Source: a virus
Direction: 5' to 3' (one strand)
Virus record (IMG/VR): IMGVR_UViG_3300022555_000009
DNA length: 64,000 nucleotides
Every line of letters starts with the position of its first letter. The first letter of the stretch is position 1. The notes under the pieces were generated by a model. That model was not told where the DNA came from. It saw nothing but the letters and a program-made list of their open reading frames with translations, and made no database searches. The position numbers were made by a program, and so were the translations under genes. Of the stretch, positions 1 to 10,523 are shown piece after piece.

Positions 1-2
1 AT

Positions 3-1718
3 GCACAGGGTAGCCTTCTTAGCTATAATGTTGAACAAGATACTTGGGCTACATCAAACGTATTTGACTTTGGCACCGTAAGACAGGCATACATATCAGT
101 TCCCGGTGCTACAGGGTGGCCAGCGCAGCAGGAGCCTATTGGGATTACATCCATAGTAAGAGTAACTACAGGTATACTATCTGGAGTTATAAATGTGGCT
201 GGAACGGGGTACACAATAGGTGATATAGTAACATGTTCAACCTCTGGTACTTTGGGAACATTCATCATAACAGCATGTGCTACTGGCGGTATACCTTCAG
301 CCATAGCACTATGTGCCTCAGGTTCTGGATATGGTGCTGGATCTTCAGCGACCACTGGAGGTACAGGGTCATCATTGACAATAACCCTTACGGTAGGAAC
401 AACTGGACTCGTAACCACAGCAATAAACCATGGTCTTGTCTCTGGTCAGTCAATAGTCATTGGTGGCCTTGCCACTGATACGTGGTGGAACAAGTCCTTT
501 ACTATCCTAGGTGTTGGAGGAACGGCAACATTTTCTCTGGATGGTACAGGAAGCACAGCAACCCCAGCGCTTACAGGAACCCTTAATGCAACCACAGTGA
601 TAGATATGTCAAAGAACTGGTCAGCAACTGGAAACGGTGAGCATGCTGGAAGGCTATGCCTCCTGCAGGCGGCTGGACCAACCCCCGCTGCTGGTACTGG
701 CTTGATGGCAACAAGGATAACATCAAATACAGCGAACACCCTTACAATACTTACCAATAATGCCCCTACAAACGGTACGTGGCGGTACATGATTGTGGAC
801 CCATGCTGCTTTGGCCCCATGACAGTCTACAAGGATACTGGAGGAAGGACCACAGGATATGTAACATCTTCTTCTTCAACTAGCATTACTGATTCCTCAC
901 AAACATGGAACACATCATTAGCTAATGGAAGGTGGGTGGGATATAGGGTTAGGATAGAGTCAGGTACGGGTGTAGGCAGTGAGGCCGCAATAACATCCAA
1001 TACAGCGACTACATTGAATGTAGCCTCTTGGCCCAATGGAACCCCGGATACTACCTCAAGGTACCGGATAATGGATAGCTTCGGGACATTCACCTCTGGT
1101 GCTGCTGGTGTAGGAACAAACACAGCAATGAACCTACCTGCATCTCTATTGGTAAACAAAAGGCTACGTGTATGTGGAGGATCTGCGGCACCTTATGGAC
1201 AGGAAGTTGTAATAACAGCAAATACAGCTACAACAATAACAACAGCCATTGGTACCCCTTCAAATGTCAATAGCTATACTGTTCTAGAGCCCCCAGCTTC
1301 AGGTACAAATTGTGGTCTTCAATGGATATTCGGTGGTACCTCCAACTATAAGGGAAGAGGAATAATAAAAGCAAGAGGAAACCAGCAGCAATTTGACATG
1401 TATGATATTCCAACTGAGAAATGGGATATATCCTTGCAGTTGGACCCACAGCCAGAGACATTGGTGGTAGGTTCTATGTATGCCTACGATGGTGGCAACA
1501 AGCTATACTTCACTGTAGGAGCAACAGGACGTGTATATGTTATAGACATACCAACATGGATGATACGCTCAGCATCATTGACACCATATGCCCAAGGTGT
1601 AGGCTTGGCTGGTAATAGGATGGAAATAGTAACTACTGTGGATAATCTTGATTACTTATATATAATGAGACATACTGGACAGGAGTTCTGGCGATCATTG
1701 ATATACTGGGAGAGTTAA
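3..1718 (+). CDS. Virion structural / tail fibre-like protein (5'-truncated by the window edge)
   Basis: Frame is open from position 3; G/T/S-rich beta-strand repeats (ITSNTATTL) and a propeller-like C-terminus; lies upstream of the neck gene. Confidence 0.6.
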   Translation, partial: AQGSLLSYNVEQDTWATSNVFDFGTVRQAYISVPGATGWPAQQEPIGITSIVRVTTGILSGVINVAGTGYTIGDIVTCSTSGTLGTFIITACATGGIPSAIALCASGSGYGAGSSATTGGTGSSLTITLTVGTTGLVTTAINHGLVSGQSIVIGGLATDTWWNKSFTILGVGGTATFSLDGTGSTATPALTGTLNATTVIDMSKNWSATGNGEHAGRLCLLQAAGPTPAAGTGLMATRITSNTANTLTILTNNAPTNGTWRYMIVDPCCFGPMTVYKDTGGRTTGYVTSSSSTSITDSSQTWNTSLANGRWVGYRVRIESGTGVGSEAAITSNTATTLNVASWPNGTPDTTSRYRIMDSFGTFTSGAAGVGTNTAMNLPASLLVNKRLRVCGGSAAPYGQEVVITANTATTITTAIGTPSNVNSYTVLEPPASGTNCGLQWIFGGTSNYKGRGIIKARGNQQQFDMYDIPTEKWDISLQLDPQPETLVVGSMYAYDGGNKLYFTVGATGRVYVIDIPTWMIRSASLTPYAQGVGLAGNRMEIVTTVDNLDYLYIMRHTGQEFWRSLIYWES

Positions 1719-2228
1719 GTGGCTATTACTATTATCGCTTTAATGACGAGCGGGGGTAGCCCATATAACGGGTATACCCCTCTGATTGATATATACAAGG
1801 TGTCTGATGGCACCCATGTAGTCACCGCAACCTCAATGACCCAGATCGGGTCTACAGGAATATACAAATATGATTTCACTGGGTTTCTATATGGAATAAA
1901 CTATACATACCTAATAACTGGAAACTCGTCAGTTCCTCCAAATGAAAGGTACCAATGGGGCTCGGTCATGCAGGATGTCCCTGACAGGACAGTAGGTACT
2001 GTGCAGACAGATGGTGGTAACTCGGCTACTCAGTTCAAGTCAGACCGTTCCGAGACTACGGTTGACTTCTGGAAGGATGCATTATGCCTATTATTCATAA
2101 ATGGGGCTACCGTACCAGAAGTAAAAAAGGTAACTGCATATGATGGCTCTACAAAGATACTAACCTTCACCAATGGATATACAGGAACACCCTCCAATGG
2201 AGATACTTACGCACTTATAAGCTTCTAA
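1719..2228 (+). CDS. Hypothetical virion protein
   Basis: Abuts the upstream gene; beta-rich, T/G-rich composition. Confidence 0.55.
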   Translation: MAITIIALMTSGGSPYNGYTPLIDIYKVSDGTHVVTATSMTQIGSTGIYKYDFTGFLYGINYTYLITGNSSVPPNERYQWGSVMQDVPDRTVGTVQTDGGNSATQFKSDRSETTVDFWKDALCLLFINGATVPEVKKVTAYDGSTKILTFTNGYTGTPSNGDTYALISF

Positions 2229-2238
2229 GGGGTATTGA

Positions 2239-3594
2239 ATGTCAAGGATACTATTTGATGCGTTTGACACTCAAAGCCCTGTAACCTACCCTGTCTCCAT
2301 AACAGAATCAATATCAAACTCCTCTGACACCTCAAGTGCGGCTACTGGCTCAGCTACCTGGCCAGTAGCCATTGTTGAATCTGGTATAACTTCTGGAGAT
2401 TCTCAGTCCTCTCTTCTGACGGCAGCAGTAACGATTCTTGAAAATGGAACCGTATCTGGCGACTCACAATCCAAGATACTAACGACTTCCGTATCTATTA
2501 CGGAGTCCGGTACTGTTTCAGGCGACTCCTCTTCAGCGATTGCCGGCTCGCCGGTATCTATTACTGAGAGTGGTACAGTATCAGGGGACTCTCAATCCTC
2601 CTCCCTAACAGCCGTGGCGACTATAACGGAGGCTACGAATAGTTCTGATACTGGCGGTGCTACTAGGTACGTACCTGCTTCAATCACAGAGAACGGAGTA
2701 ACCTCAGGGGACTCTTCGACCGGGGTAGCAGGATCTCCTGTTTCCATAACAGAGAGTGGTGTTACTTCCGGTGATACACAATCTAGTTCTTTAATCAATG
2801 TTGTAGCTATCTTAGAAAATGGCACAGTGTCAGGGGATTCCCAGTCAAATACTTTAACTACCACATCTGCGATTGTAGAGCCTACTTCTAGCTCGGATAC
2901 TTCTAGTGCGATCAGATACATTCCTGCCGCTATATCTGAGAGTGGAACTGTGTCAGGAGATTCCTCAACTGGGACCTCAGGTACTCCAGTTGCCGTCGTA
3001 GAGTCAGGAACTGTATCCGGCGATTCTAGCTCAGCTAAGCAAACATTTGTAGTCTCCATTTTAGAAACTAATAATCTTTTAGACTACCCATCTTCTGGTA
3101 GTATTCTAGCTTCAATCGATGAATTTTCTCCTCTCAATGATTCTAGTCAAGTTTATGGCCCTAATAGATTAACTCTCCTAGACGCCGCATCTATTTTTGA
3201 TGTTCTCTCTCATTACCATCGAGGTATTGAAAATTACACAAGATTCTTCGCAGACTTAGTATCTCCGAGGTCTTCTTTGATTGTCTCCAGGATCTTACAC
3301 AGATATGAAAACGATAGCCATGGCGTGACTGATGCTTTATCGCACCCTCCATTATCTCCAAAAAGTCTCATAGCGAGTACAGAATCGATTTATGATGTTC
3401 TTACTTCCTCAAAGTATGGATTAAGCCGAGCTCAGCAAGATAAGGAATCATATACAGATTTTGTTACAGCGTTAAAAATCACCTCATTAAATAGATCTAT
3501 TCACGATACCGAGTCATCTACGGATCGAATGAATAAATCTAACATTATACAGGTGAACCTGTCTACTAATTTAAGTATCAAGGATAACAAATAA
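2239..3594 (+). CDS. Ser/Thr-rich tandem-repeat virion protein
   Basis: About 12-13 repeats of VSITESGTVSGDSxS with ~22-24 aa period. Confidence 0.6.
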   Translation: MSRILFDAFDTQSPVTYPVSITESISNSSDTSSAATGSATWPVAIVESGITSGDSQSSLLTAAVTILENGTVSGDSQSKILTTSVSITESGTVSGDSSSAIAGSPVSITESGTVSGDSQSSSLTAVATITEATNSSDTGGATRYVPASITENGVTSGDSSTGVAGSPVSITESGVTSGDTQSSSLINVVAILENGTVSGDSQSNTLTTTSAIVEPTSSSDTSSAIRYIPAAISESGTVSGDSSTGTSGTPVAVVESGTVSGDSSSAKQTFVVSILETNNLLDYPSSGSILASIDEFSPLNDSSQVYGPNRLTLLDAASIFDVLSHYHRGIENYTRFFADLVSPRSSLIVSRILHRYENDSHGVTDALSHPPLSPKSLIASTESIYDVLTSSKYGLSRAQQDKESYTDFVTALKITSLNRSIHDTESSTDRMNKSNIIQVNLSTNLSIKDNK

Positions 3595-4739
3595 TGACCA
3601 AGCTGGACTTGCTTTTCACGTATACTTTAGCTCAAAGAAGAGACTCTTGGATCCAGATGGGACAAGCGGAGTCTGTTAATACACAAAAAAGCTTCACTAA
3701 TGGGACCTTCCTTCGAGTTGTAGAGCCAGGCGTTCCGCTCAATGGTGCAGTGATATATGTAAATGAAGACTTTACTGACACGGGATTTTCCTGGAATAAT
3801 TACTATGTCAGTAATTTAGCGACCGGGACTATCCAAAGCGCCAACATCATCTCCCCTTATCTTTATATTATATTGACTCAGGCGCAGTTTCAATCCATAA
3901 CTGATCCTTTTAATCCAGCATGGATTCCTTTCACTGAACTAGAAAATCAAAACGACATTACATCTACAATAACTATTACTACTGATGAACTAAATATGAT
4001 TTTCTCAGAGGCTGGAGTTCCCTTCATTAAATTCGAGGAGTTAGAATTTACACAGGAGGAATTCTTAGATAATGTCGTTCGTCCCTGTCTCTATGAGTAC
4101 TACAAATGGTTTCCCATAATAACGATTGGCAAGTACCCTATGACGACACAGGGCTTCGAAATCCCATTTCCTGATCCAGTGGGAGCTCATACGACATTCG
4201 GAGTACATCGTGCTTATGTGAATCCAGGGTATCCTATTTCTATGGACAAGGGTAATCCCATATCTCGTTACTTTGATGAAGTTATTTTATCTACTTCTTC
4301 CCAGGGATCCTTCGCAAACCCCGCTATCAATTGGAAAAAGAAGCAAGGGTATGCTAATACAGGCTCCTTTTCCACCTTTATTATGGAAAGGGCTGTGAGA
4401 CAAGGAGTCATTAATTATGGTGCGAGAACTCGAGTACGGACAGATATTCAAAACGGAAAGGTTATAGGTTACGCCAATAAAATGGGCCTCCTTGAAATAG
4501 AGTGGGCTACTCTTTCTACTGACTGGGACGACATACCTTTTAATCGTCGAAGTGAGGCAAGAGAGCTAGCTACCGCTAAAGTACTAAGAACACTTGCAAT
4601 GTTGAGATCACAAGTCAAGACTACGGATATGGGGACAATTGATTATTCAGGCTTCCTGGCAAGAGCAGACAAACTTGAAGAAAAAGTTATCGCGCTTTGG
4701 CAGGCCGCAAGCAAGGTCATCATCATCCGCGGCAATTAA
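3594..4739 (+). CDS. Neck / head-completion protein (T4 gp13-like)
   Basis: GVPFI-ELEFTQEEFLDNVVRPCLYEY segment resembles the gp13 N-terminus; preceded by ACTAAT late motif at 3565. Confidence 0.5.
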   Translation: MTKLDLLFTYTLAQRRDSWIQMGQAESVNTQKSFTNGTFLRVVEPGVPLNGAVIYVNEDFTDTGFSWNNYYVSNLATGTIQSANIISPYLYIILTQAQFQSITDPFNPAWIPFTELENQNDITSTITITTDELNMIFSEAGVPFIKFEELEFTQEEFLDNVVRPCLYEYYKWFPIITIGKYPMTTQGFEIPFPDPVGAHTTFGVHRAYVNPGYPISMDKGNPISRYFDEVILSTSSQGSFANPAINWKKKQGYANTGSFSTFIMERAVRQGVINYGARTRVRTDIQNGKVIGYANKMGLLEIEWATLSTDWDDIPFNRRSEARELATAKVLRTLAMLRSQVKTTDMGTIDYSGFLARADKLEEKVIALWQAASKVIIIRGN

Positions 4740-4792
4740 TAATATAGAAGAGGATGATAGCCTTAATTACATAAATAGACTTGTATTTATAC

Positions 4793-4821
4793 TAAGGGAT
4801 GCTCGACTAGAGCATCCCTTA
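4793..4821 (+). terminator. Inverted repeat / terminator
   Basis: TAAGGGATGCTC-GACTA-GAGCATCCCTTA hairpin. Confidence 0.6.
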
Positions 4822-4964
4822 ATATTCATATATTTTTATATTATTTATTTTTATATTAATAGATATCAGGATTTCGCAACTCTAGATATGCGAATTTCGC
4901 AGATCTAGGGGTAAAACAATATAATTAGAGCCTAAGTGCTATAATAAAAAAGGATGAAAATCAA

Positions 4965-6236
4965 ATGAACGAAGTCTTTAAGACAGTAATGAAATTCATT
5001 AAGGCAGAGCCATCAAGTCACCACACAAATCCCTGGTTTAGAAGACTAGGATTCCTAGCTGTAGGTCTCGTGGATGTTTTAATCGGGGTGAACTTTTTCT
5101 CTTCATTGGGAGAATCTTGGATTATGCCTTTTGCTGGCGCAATTCTTGTATTCATGAAAATCTGGCAATGGATATCTGCAAACCATGAGAAAAAAAGCCT
5201 CTTCAAAAAGAGGCTCCACTACATAACCTGGTTTACTATTGCAGTAATGTCCATCATAGCTGCCATATCTTTTGGATTGGCTATTTCGTATGCTACAAAT
5301 AGTGATGTCACAAAAATTGTAGGACTACAGTCCGTCAAAGACCAGGCTATAACAACTCAACTTCAGTCTTTAGCAGTTGAGAGAAAATCGATACAAACCC
5401 AAATAGATGATATTCTCGTTAAAGAAAGTCAGTTAACTCAATATGATACCAAAGCAAGAACTGCGATGGAAACTCAGTTAAAGGATGTGCGTAGTCGCGC
5501 AGACTCTTTGGATGCTAAGATTAATGCTTTCAATAGCGGCACAGCATCGGATATTGCTAAGCAGAGGGTGGCAGTGAATGCGCAGTTAATATTCAGCCAA
5601 ATATTCTCTGAAGCTGGAGCCAGACCCGCAATTATGATATTCTTCTTATTGTTCGGTTTAGCAATTGAGTTAACTCTAGCCCTATCTGCTATACCGGCTG
5701 CAGGAGAATTAGAGGTAGTCGTAGAAAAATCACAAAAAGAAACCACAGTAGATTTTATGTCGGAGTTAAGCAAACTTCAATTTCAAATTGAACAACAACA
5801 AAAAGAAATCGAAGCAAGGCGAGCTGAAGCCATGGCGGCACCAATAAAGAAACCTAAAAAGGTATATAATAAGAAGATAAAGTTGAATCAGGAGGAAATG
5901 ACTACATTTGTCGCAAACATTAGTAATCCTCCGGAGCCTTCTGAGGCCTTGAAAGCCATATTTAATCCTCCTGTAGTTGAAGAAGAGCCTGTAATGATAC
6001 GGTTTGCGATGGAGTTATTTGAAAATGGGGTCCATCCATATCTGAAGACCGCAGAAGAGACATCGGATATTCTTAAGATATCTCGAGAAGACGGAAATAG
6101 AATGTTTAAGTTTTTATCTGAATTAAAGGGACCAACTGGCTTTACTCTATTAGAGTTCAGAAAAGAAAGCCAAGCGTGGTATCCTAATTATACTAGTGAA
6201 GTAACAAAGCATTGGCTCAAAGAACTAAAAGATTAA
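4965..6236 (+). CDS. Membrane protein with coiled coil
   Basis: About four hydrophobic segments flanking a coiled-coil region. Confidence 0.6.
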   Translation: MNEVFKTVMKFIKAEPSSHHTNPWFRRLGFLAVGLVDVLIGVNFFSSLGESWIMPFAGAILVFMKIWQWISANHEKKSLFKKRLHYITWFTIAVMSIIAAISFGLAISYATNSDVTKIVGLQSVKDQAITTQLQSLAVERKSIQTQIDDILVKESQLTQYDTKARTAMETQLKDVRSRADSLDAKINAFNSGTASDIAKQRVAVNAQLIFSQIFSEAGARPAIMIFFLLFGLAIELTLALSAIPAAGELEVVVEKSQKETTVDFMSELSKLQFQIEQQQKEIEARRAEAMAAPIKKPKKVYNKKIKLNQEEMTTFVANISNPPEPSEALKAIFNPPVVEEEPVMIRFAMELFENGVHPYLKTAEETSDILKISREDGNRMFKFLSELKGPTGFTLLEFRKESQAWYPNYTSEVTKHWLKELKD

Positions 6237-6252
6237 GCATGAGGAGTACTAC

Positions 6253-6612
6253 ATGGCCAATTTGAGGTTATCTGATTTCGAAAGAAATCTGGTAAATGAA
6301 ATATCAACAATATCAGGCTACCCAGTTTCTATTGTAAGGGAGGTCCTTGAGTTCACTTTTCTTAGACAAATAGAACAGTATATGGACAAAGAGGAGCTAA
6401 TGATTCCTTTTCTAGGGAAAACAAAAGTTGTATATAAAGGAGACACCTTTATCTCTGGGGCTAAGATGGCCGAGATAGATGTTCTATTTCAGCCATCTGA
6501 CCTTTTGAAAAGAGTCATAGGCGATGTAGAGGACGACGAGCCAGGTATTATAGAGGGCTTGTTACAAAAGAAAATAAGAAATTCTTTACAGAATATATTA
6601 GAAGAGAAATAA
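6253..6612 (+). CDS. HU/IHF-like DNA-binding protein
   Basis: LVNEIS..SG....VREVL....I......E.L.IPFLG pattern typical of the HU fold; GAGGAG RBS. Confidence 0.45.
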   Translation: MANLRLSDFERNLVNEISTISGYPVSIVREVLEFTFLRQIEQYMDKEELMIPFLGKTKVVYKGDTFISGAKMAEIDVLFQPSDLLKRVIGDVEDDEPGIIEGLLQKKIRNSLQNILEEK

Positions 6613-6626
6613 GGAGAATAGATTAT

Positions 6627-7115
6627 ATGGTTTTTAATAGTGAGCATGTAATGAAGTGCTTGATCGATCCTCAGGGCTGGGCGACGCCTCAACAGCACGG
6701 GGTTGATCTTAATGTTATCGGCATTATGAAAGTTAATGGTGGACAAATTCTAAAGGAAAAGACTGCGTTGCAGACAGCCACACCCGTTGGTGTCAGCCGA
6801 GATGAGCAGACACATATTACTTATTGGGACTTGGAACCAGGTTATATGTACGCTATAACGTTCTCTCAGGGAATTGAAGTACCAGCTAACGCTAAAGCTA
6901 ATATTATTCATCGTAGTTCTGTGCTTCGAGCAGGCGCAATGTTATTCAGCGCTGAATACGATGCCGGGTTTAAGACGAATAATATGGGGGCATTTATGAT
7001 TACGACTGCGCCTTTGCGTATTGAGCAGCAATCGCGATTGGCTCAGGTCGTAATGTGTGAGACCGAAGAGACATCGAGTCTTTATGACGGCCAATGGCAG
7101 GGTGGGAAGAATTAA
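6627..7115 (+). CDS. Trimeric dUTPase / dCTP deaminase-like protein
   Basis: GVDL, HRSSVLRAG, YDAGF and RLAQVV motifs and C-terminal YDGQWQG. Confidence 0.75.
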   Translation: MVFNSEHVMKCLIDPQGWATPQQHGVDLNVIGIMKVNGGQILKEKTALQTATPVGVSRDEQTHITYWDLEPGYMYAITFSQGIEVPANAKANIIHRSSVLRAGAMLFSAEYDAGFKTNNMGAFMITTAPLRIEQQSRLAQVVMCETEETSSLYDGQWQGGKN

Positions 7116-7504
7116 TGGAATCCCCGAATGTAGATTACAAGAAGATTATGGAAATTCAGAAAGAAAATCTCCCTGACTGGCCCGGGATATACGAGAGTGG
7201 TATCGAGGGTATCGAAAGAGACCTAGATTTCTCAATGGACGTGAGAAATATTTTGCATACTAGGCGTATTTTTGGTCTAGAGAAGTATGGTGAAATGTCT
7301 TACGAGAGCTCCCTTGCAAATACTTTGGTAGCGCCCACAATTGCTTTAGCAAAGGAAGAGCTGCAGGATTGTTTGAATTATATCATGCATGAGATATATA
7401 AGAATGGCATTACAGGTGACTCCGAATTGATAGTGGAGTTAAAGAGAAGCGCCAGACTAGCTTATGCAGTACTGCACGACTTAAATAAATTCTATCCAGG
7501 CTAG
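7115..7504 (+). CDS. All-alpha (MazG-like) nucleotide pyrophosphohydrolase-like protein
   Basis: R..FGLEKYG ... AKEELQDCLNY (EExxD) motif; translationally coupled to the upstream gene. Confidence 0.45.
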   Translation: MESPNVDYKKIMEIQKENLPDWPGIYESGIEGIERDLDFSMDVRNILHTRRIFGLEKYGEMSYESSLANTLVAPTIALAKEELQDCLNYIMHEIYKNGITGDSELIVELKRSARLAYAVLHDLNKFYPG

Positions 7505-7531
7505 CATATTATATCTCTATAAAGGATTAAA

Positions 7532-8365
7532 ATGAATATCGCACATGAGGCACCTCTAAATTACTTAGAGGCAGTAAGAGCAGTAACTGACTACGATTAC
7601 TGCCTTGTACACCGTTTGTCTAACCTCAGATACTTTAATTTCTTTAAGAAAAGTGTGGAGGCTGGAAGAAGAGTTATCCTAGATAACTCTCTGTTTGAGT
7701 TAGGCACCTCCTTCGATCCAGAGCAGTACTTGGAGTGGATTGAAAAATTAGGCCCAACGGAAGTTATAGCTCCTGATGTGTTTAATGATTTCCAGAAAAA
7801 CCTGAATTCTTTAAAAAGTTTCAATCTTATTTTTCGAAAAAGATTTCCACACACGAAATTAATCGGAGCTATTCACGGAGTTTCCAACATAGAGCTCTTG
7901 CATTCATTCGAGACTGCTATACATTATTGTGATAAGATAGCAATACCTTTTGGGTCTAAGGCCTTTGAAGGGCCTGTGTTGGAAGACTTAGACTCCGAAT
8001 TAAGCAGAATGAAAGACGACCTTCTATATAGGAAGTCGATGAATAGAATTTTATTTATTAAAAATGACTTGAAGAAGCGGTATGACTTATCAGTATTTAA
8101 AAAGTTTCCACTGCACCTACTCGGGTGTCACTATGGAATGGAACTCAAGCTATATAAGTATAAAACATCAATGTTTCCCTTCATCGAAACTGCGGATACC
8201 TCTCATCCCGTAGCTGCTGCATTGGAGAATAATTACTACAAAGAAAACTTATATTATTACAAACCTAAGGTCAAGATAGATGAGGTATTTGAAATTCCCT
8301 ATATCGATTCTAGGAAGGACTTAATGGTTATGAACATCGGCCGTTTTAGGAGAGAATTCTTATGA
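7532..8365 (+). CDS. TGT/DpdA-like TIM-barrel guanine transglycosylase
   Basis: ILDNSLFELG, APDV, LHLLG and DTSHP motifs of the TGT fold; sits in the queC/folE2 cluster. Confidence 0.65.
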   Translation: MNIAHEAPLNYLEAVRAVTDYDYCLVHRLSNLRYFNFFKKSVEAGRRVILDNSLFELGTSFDPEQYLEWIEKLGPTEVIAPDVFNDFQKNLNSLKSFNLIFRKRFPHTKLIGAIHGVSNIELLHSFETAIHYCDKIAIPFGSKAFEGPVLEDLDSELSRMKDDLLYRKSMNRILFIKNDLKKRYDLSVFKKFPLHLLGCHYGMELKLYKYKTSMFPFIETADTSHPVAAALENNYYKENLYYYKPKVKIDEVFEIPYIDSRKDLMVMNIGRFRREFL

Positions 8366-8913
8366 TGAAGAGGATTGCTATTTCAGGCGCACAGTGTACA
8401 GGCAAAAGTTCTCTTATAGCAGCCTTGAAGGAAGATAAAGCTTTTAAGGCTTACAAAGTAAGATCCGAAGGAGTGCGATCTCTAAAAGAGAATTTCGGGT
8501 TCGATATCTATTCCGGTAACGCTGAAGTGCAGCTAGCTGTACTAGCTCTACAAGCTAAGGATTCTGGAGAGAACGGTATTCTACTGGATAGAACTGTCTT
8601 GGATTCTTTGACATACGCGCTGTATTATCATGAGCGTCAGAATCCCAGGCTACCGGAACCTATACTTAATTTTCTTACTCACGAGTCTACAGTAATAGCA
8701 AGCAGAATAGATCACTTTATCATTATTCAACCGTCCTTTAATATGATTTGGGATGGGACTAGAGTTATTGACACTGATCAGCAAAATGATATATCTTTAG
8801 GAATGATACGAATGCTGAGGATCCTAGATATTCCAGAAGAGAAAGTCTTCTTTATTCACGGCGGCTCTATTCAGGAAAGAGTCGAGTGGGTAAAAGCGGA
8901 AATATTTAAGTAG
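8362..8913 (+). CDS. P-loop nucleotide kinase (AAA_28 / NadR-Ttd14-like)
   Basis: GAQCTGKS Walker A and LLDRTVLD motif. Confidence 0.75.
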   Translation: MMKRIAISGAQCTGKSSLIAALKEDKAFKAYKVRSEGVRSLKENFGFDIYSGNAEVQLAVLALQAKDSGENGILLDRTVLDSLTYALYYHERQNPRLPEPILNFLTHESTVIASRIDHFIIIQPSFNMIWDGTRVIDTDQQNDISLGMIRMLRILDIPEEKVFFIHGGSIQERVEWVKAEIFK

Positions 8914-8949
8914 TCCTTTGTATATATTACATTCAGAGGTGCAATCAGG

Positions 8950-9273
8950 ATGACTCTTAAAATAGGGTACAAAGACTATAAACTTAAGTTCTTGACGACC
9001 ATCACTAGAGATAAGACAGTGTGTGATGGTCTTTGTTTAAACGATGAGTCGGAAATTCATATAGAGTCTACGATTCATGAAATGGATGCCAGGCAAGCTC
9101 TGTGGCATGAAATATTCCATGCGTTCGAAAATACGAATGGAATACAAATAACGGAGCAAGAAATAGGCGCTCTCGCAAGAGGGATGACTCTATTTATACT
9201 CAACAATCCGGAATTTATGAAGAGGATGATGTCTAGTAAATCTATAAAGGATATGGGAGATAAGAATGCATGA
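8950..9273 (+). CDS. HExxH metallopeptidase-like protein
   Basis: LWHEIFHA motif. Confidence 0.55.
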   Translation: MTLKIGYKDYKLKFLTTITRDKTVCDGLCLNDESEIHIESTIHEMDARQALWHEIFHAFENTNGIQITEQEIGALARGMTLFILNNPEFMKRMMSSKSIKDMGDKNA

Positions 9274-9505
9274 TTTCTTCGGAGCCTTCCAACTACTGAA
9301 GGATGGGCAAAAAGTAACTAGAGGTTTGTGGTCGGAGACCTGGAAGGACGCGTGGATATCAATGACGTATCTTCCTGTACCTGGGGATCCTGATAAGGCC
9401 AAGCGACCTTTTATATATTTTTATAAGAATGGAGAAATGAATCCCTGGGTAATTACTCAAGCAGACGTCTTCGCTGAAGACTACGAAGTAATGCCAATCA
9501 CTTGA
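9266..9505 (+). CDS. DUF2829 / Tad2-like cyclic-nucleotide sponge
   Basis: F..A...LK.G.KV.R..W ... PW...Q.DVFAEDY signature. Confidence 0.65.
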   Translation: MHDFFGAFQLLKDGQKVTRGLWSETWKDAWISMTYLPVPGDPDKAKRPFIYFYKNGEMNPWVITQADVFAEDYEVMPIT

Positions 9506-9518
9506 AAAAGGAGTTTAG

Positions 9519-10238
9519 ATGAAGGAGTACAAGTATCTTAGTTGGTTTGTTACGGCATTCGTAACAATCCTTCTTATCTCAAACGTTATAGCTGGTAGGC
9601 TCGTACAAATGGGTCCATTTGTGGTAACAAGCGCAATGTTCTTATTTCCCCTGTCATACATCCTCTCGGACGTATTCACCGAGGTTTATGGATTTGCAGC
9701 TAGTAGGCGAGTAGTGTGGTACGGAGCTTTGGCAAACGCTATCATGCTTGTTATGTTCGTATTCGCTTCAGCTCTTCCTGCTCCTGGCTTTTTCGCCGAC
9801 GGCAAGAAGGCTTATGACGCCGTGCTCGGGGTAGTACCAAGAGTAGTTCTATTCTCTATCTTAGCGTACATTGTCGGTTCTTTCGCTAATGATGTCTTTA
9901 TGTCCAAGGTGAAGAAGCTCATGGTTGATTGGGATCCCACCCATAAGCATCTCTGGGTCCGTACTATCGGTAGTACTGTGGTGGGCCAGATTTTCGATAG
10001 TGGAATTTTTATCTTCGGCGTATTCCTCTTTACTATGCCTTTCCTCGCAGTTTGTGGAATGTTCATAGTACAGTATATCGTCAAGGTCCTAATTGAGGCT
10101 GTGATGACTCCCGTCACTTACGTGGTTGTTAAGACCTTGAAGAAGAGCGAGGGCATCGACGTAGTAGCTACTGATGCATCTAGTCACACTCCCTTCAGCC
10201 TTGCTACCGAAAATGCAGAAGTGAACTTGAAGTCCTAA
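9519..10238 (+). CDS. yhhQ: Queuosine-precursor (preQ0/preQ1) transporter
   Basis: FPLSYILSDVFTEVYG and RTIGSTVVGQIFDS motifs; about six TM helices. Confidence 0.9.
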   Translation: MKEYKYLSWFVTAFVTILLISNVIAGRLVQMGPFVVTSAMFLFPLSYILSDVFTEVYGFAASRRVVWYGALANAIMLVMFVFASALPAPGFFADGKKAYDAVLGVVPRVVLFSILAYIVGSFANDVFMSKVKKLMVDWDPTHKHLWVRTIGSTVVGQIFDSGIFIFGVFLFTMPFLAVCGMFIVQYIVKVLIEAVMTPVTYVVVKTLKKSEGIDVVATDASSHTPFSLATENAEVNLKS

Positions 10239-10267
10239 AATAACTCATAGCCAAAAGCTATATACTG

Positions 10268-10300
10268 ATAGGGAGGTCAAAGCAGACCTCCCTATTTTTT
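10268..10300 (+). terminator. Rho-independent terminator
   Basis: ATAGGGAGGTC/GACCTCCCTAT hairpin followed by a T-run. Confidence 0.8.
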
Positions 10301-10310
10301 AAAGGAAAGT

Positions 10311-10523
10311 ATGTTACAAGTACTAGATAAATATAGAAAAAGATTCGAGAGGGAGACAGGCAAGTCGCACAGGACAGCTTTGCCCGGTATTCCAAATCAT
10401 CTAACGGAAGAGGAAGCTACTAGATTTCTAACAAATCCCGCGTGGGATTACGTAGTGTGGCTTGAGGCAACACTTCAGGAATATGAGAATGCCTATTTTG
10501 CTTTAAAAGAGGAAGGATTATAA
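10311..10523 (+). CDS. Hypothetical protein
   Basis: AAGGA RBS; adjacent to queC. Confidence 0.55.
   Translation: MLQVLDKYRKRFERETGKSHRTALPGIPNHLTEEEATRFLTNPAWDYVVWLEATLQEYENAYFALKEEGL

Noticed and set aside
23-3059. Antisense ORFs (23-418, 446-820, 827-1159, 2592-3059)
   Set aside because: Shadows of codon-biased plus-strand genes with no RBS or motifs
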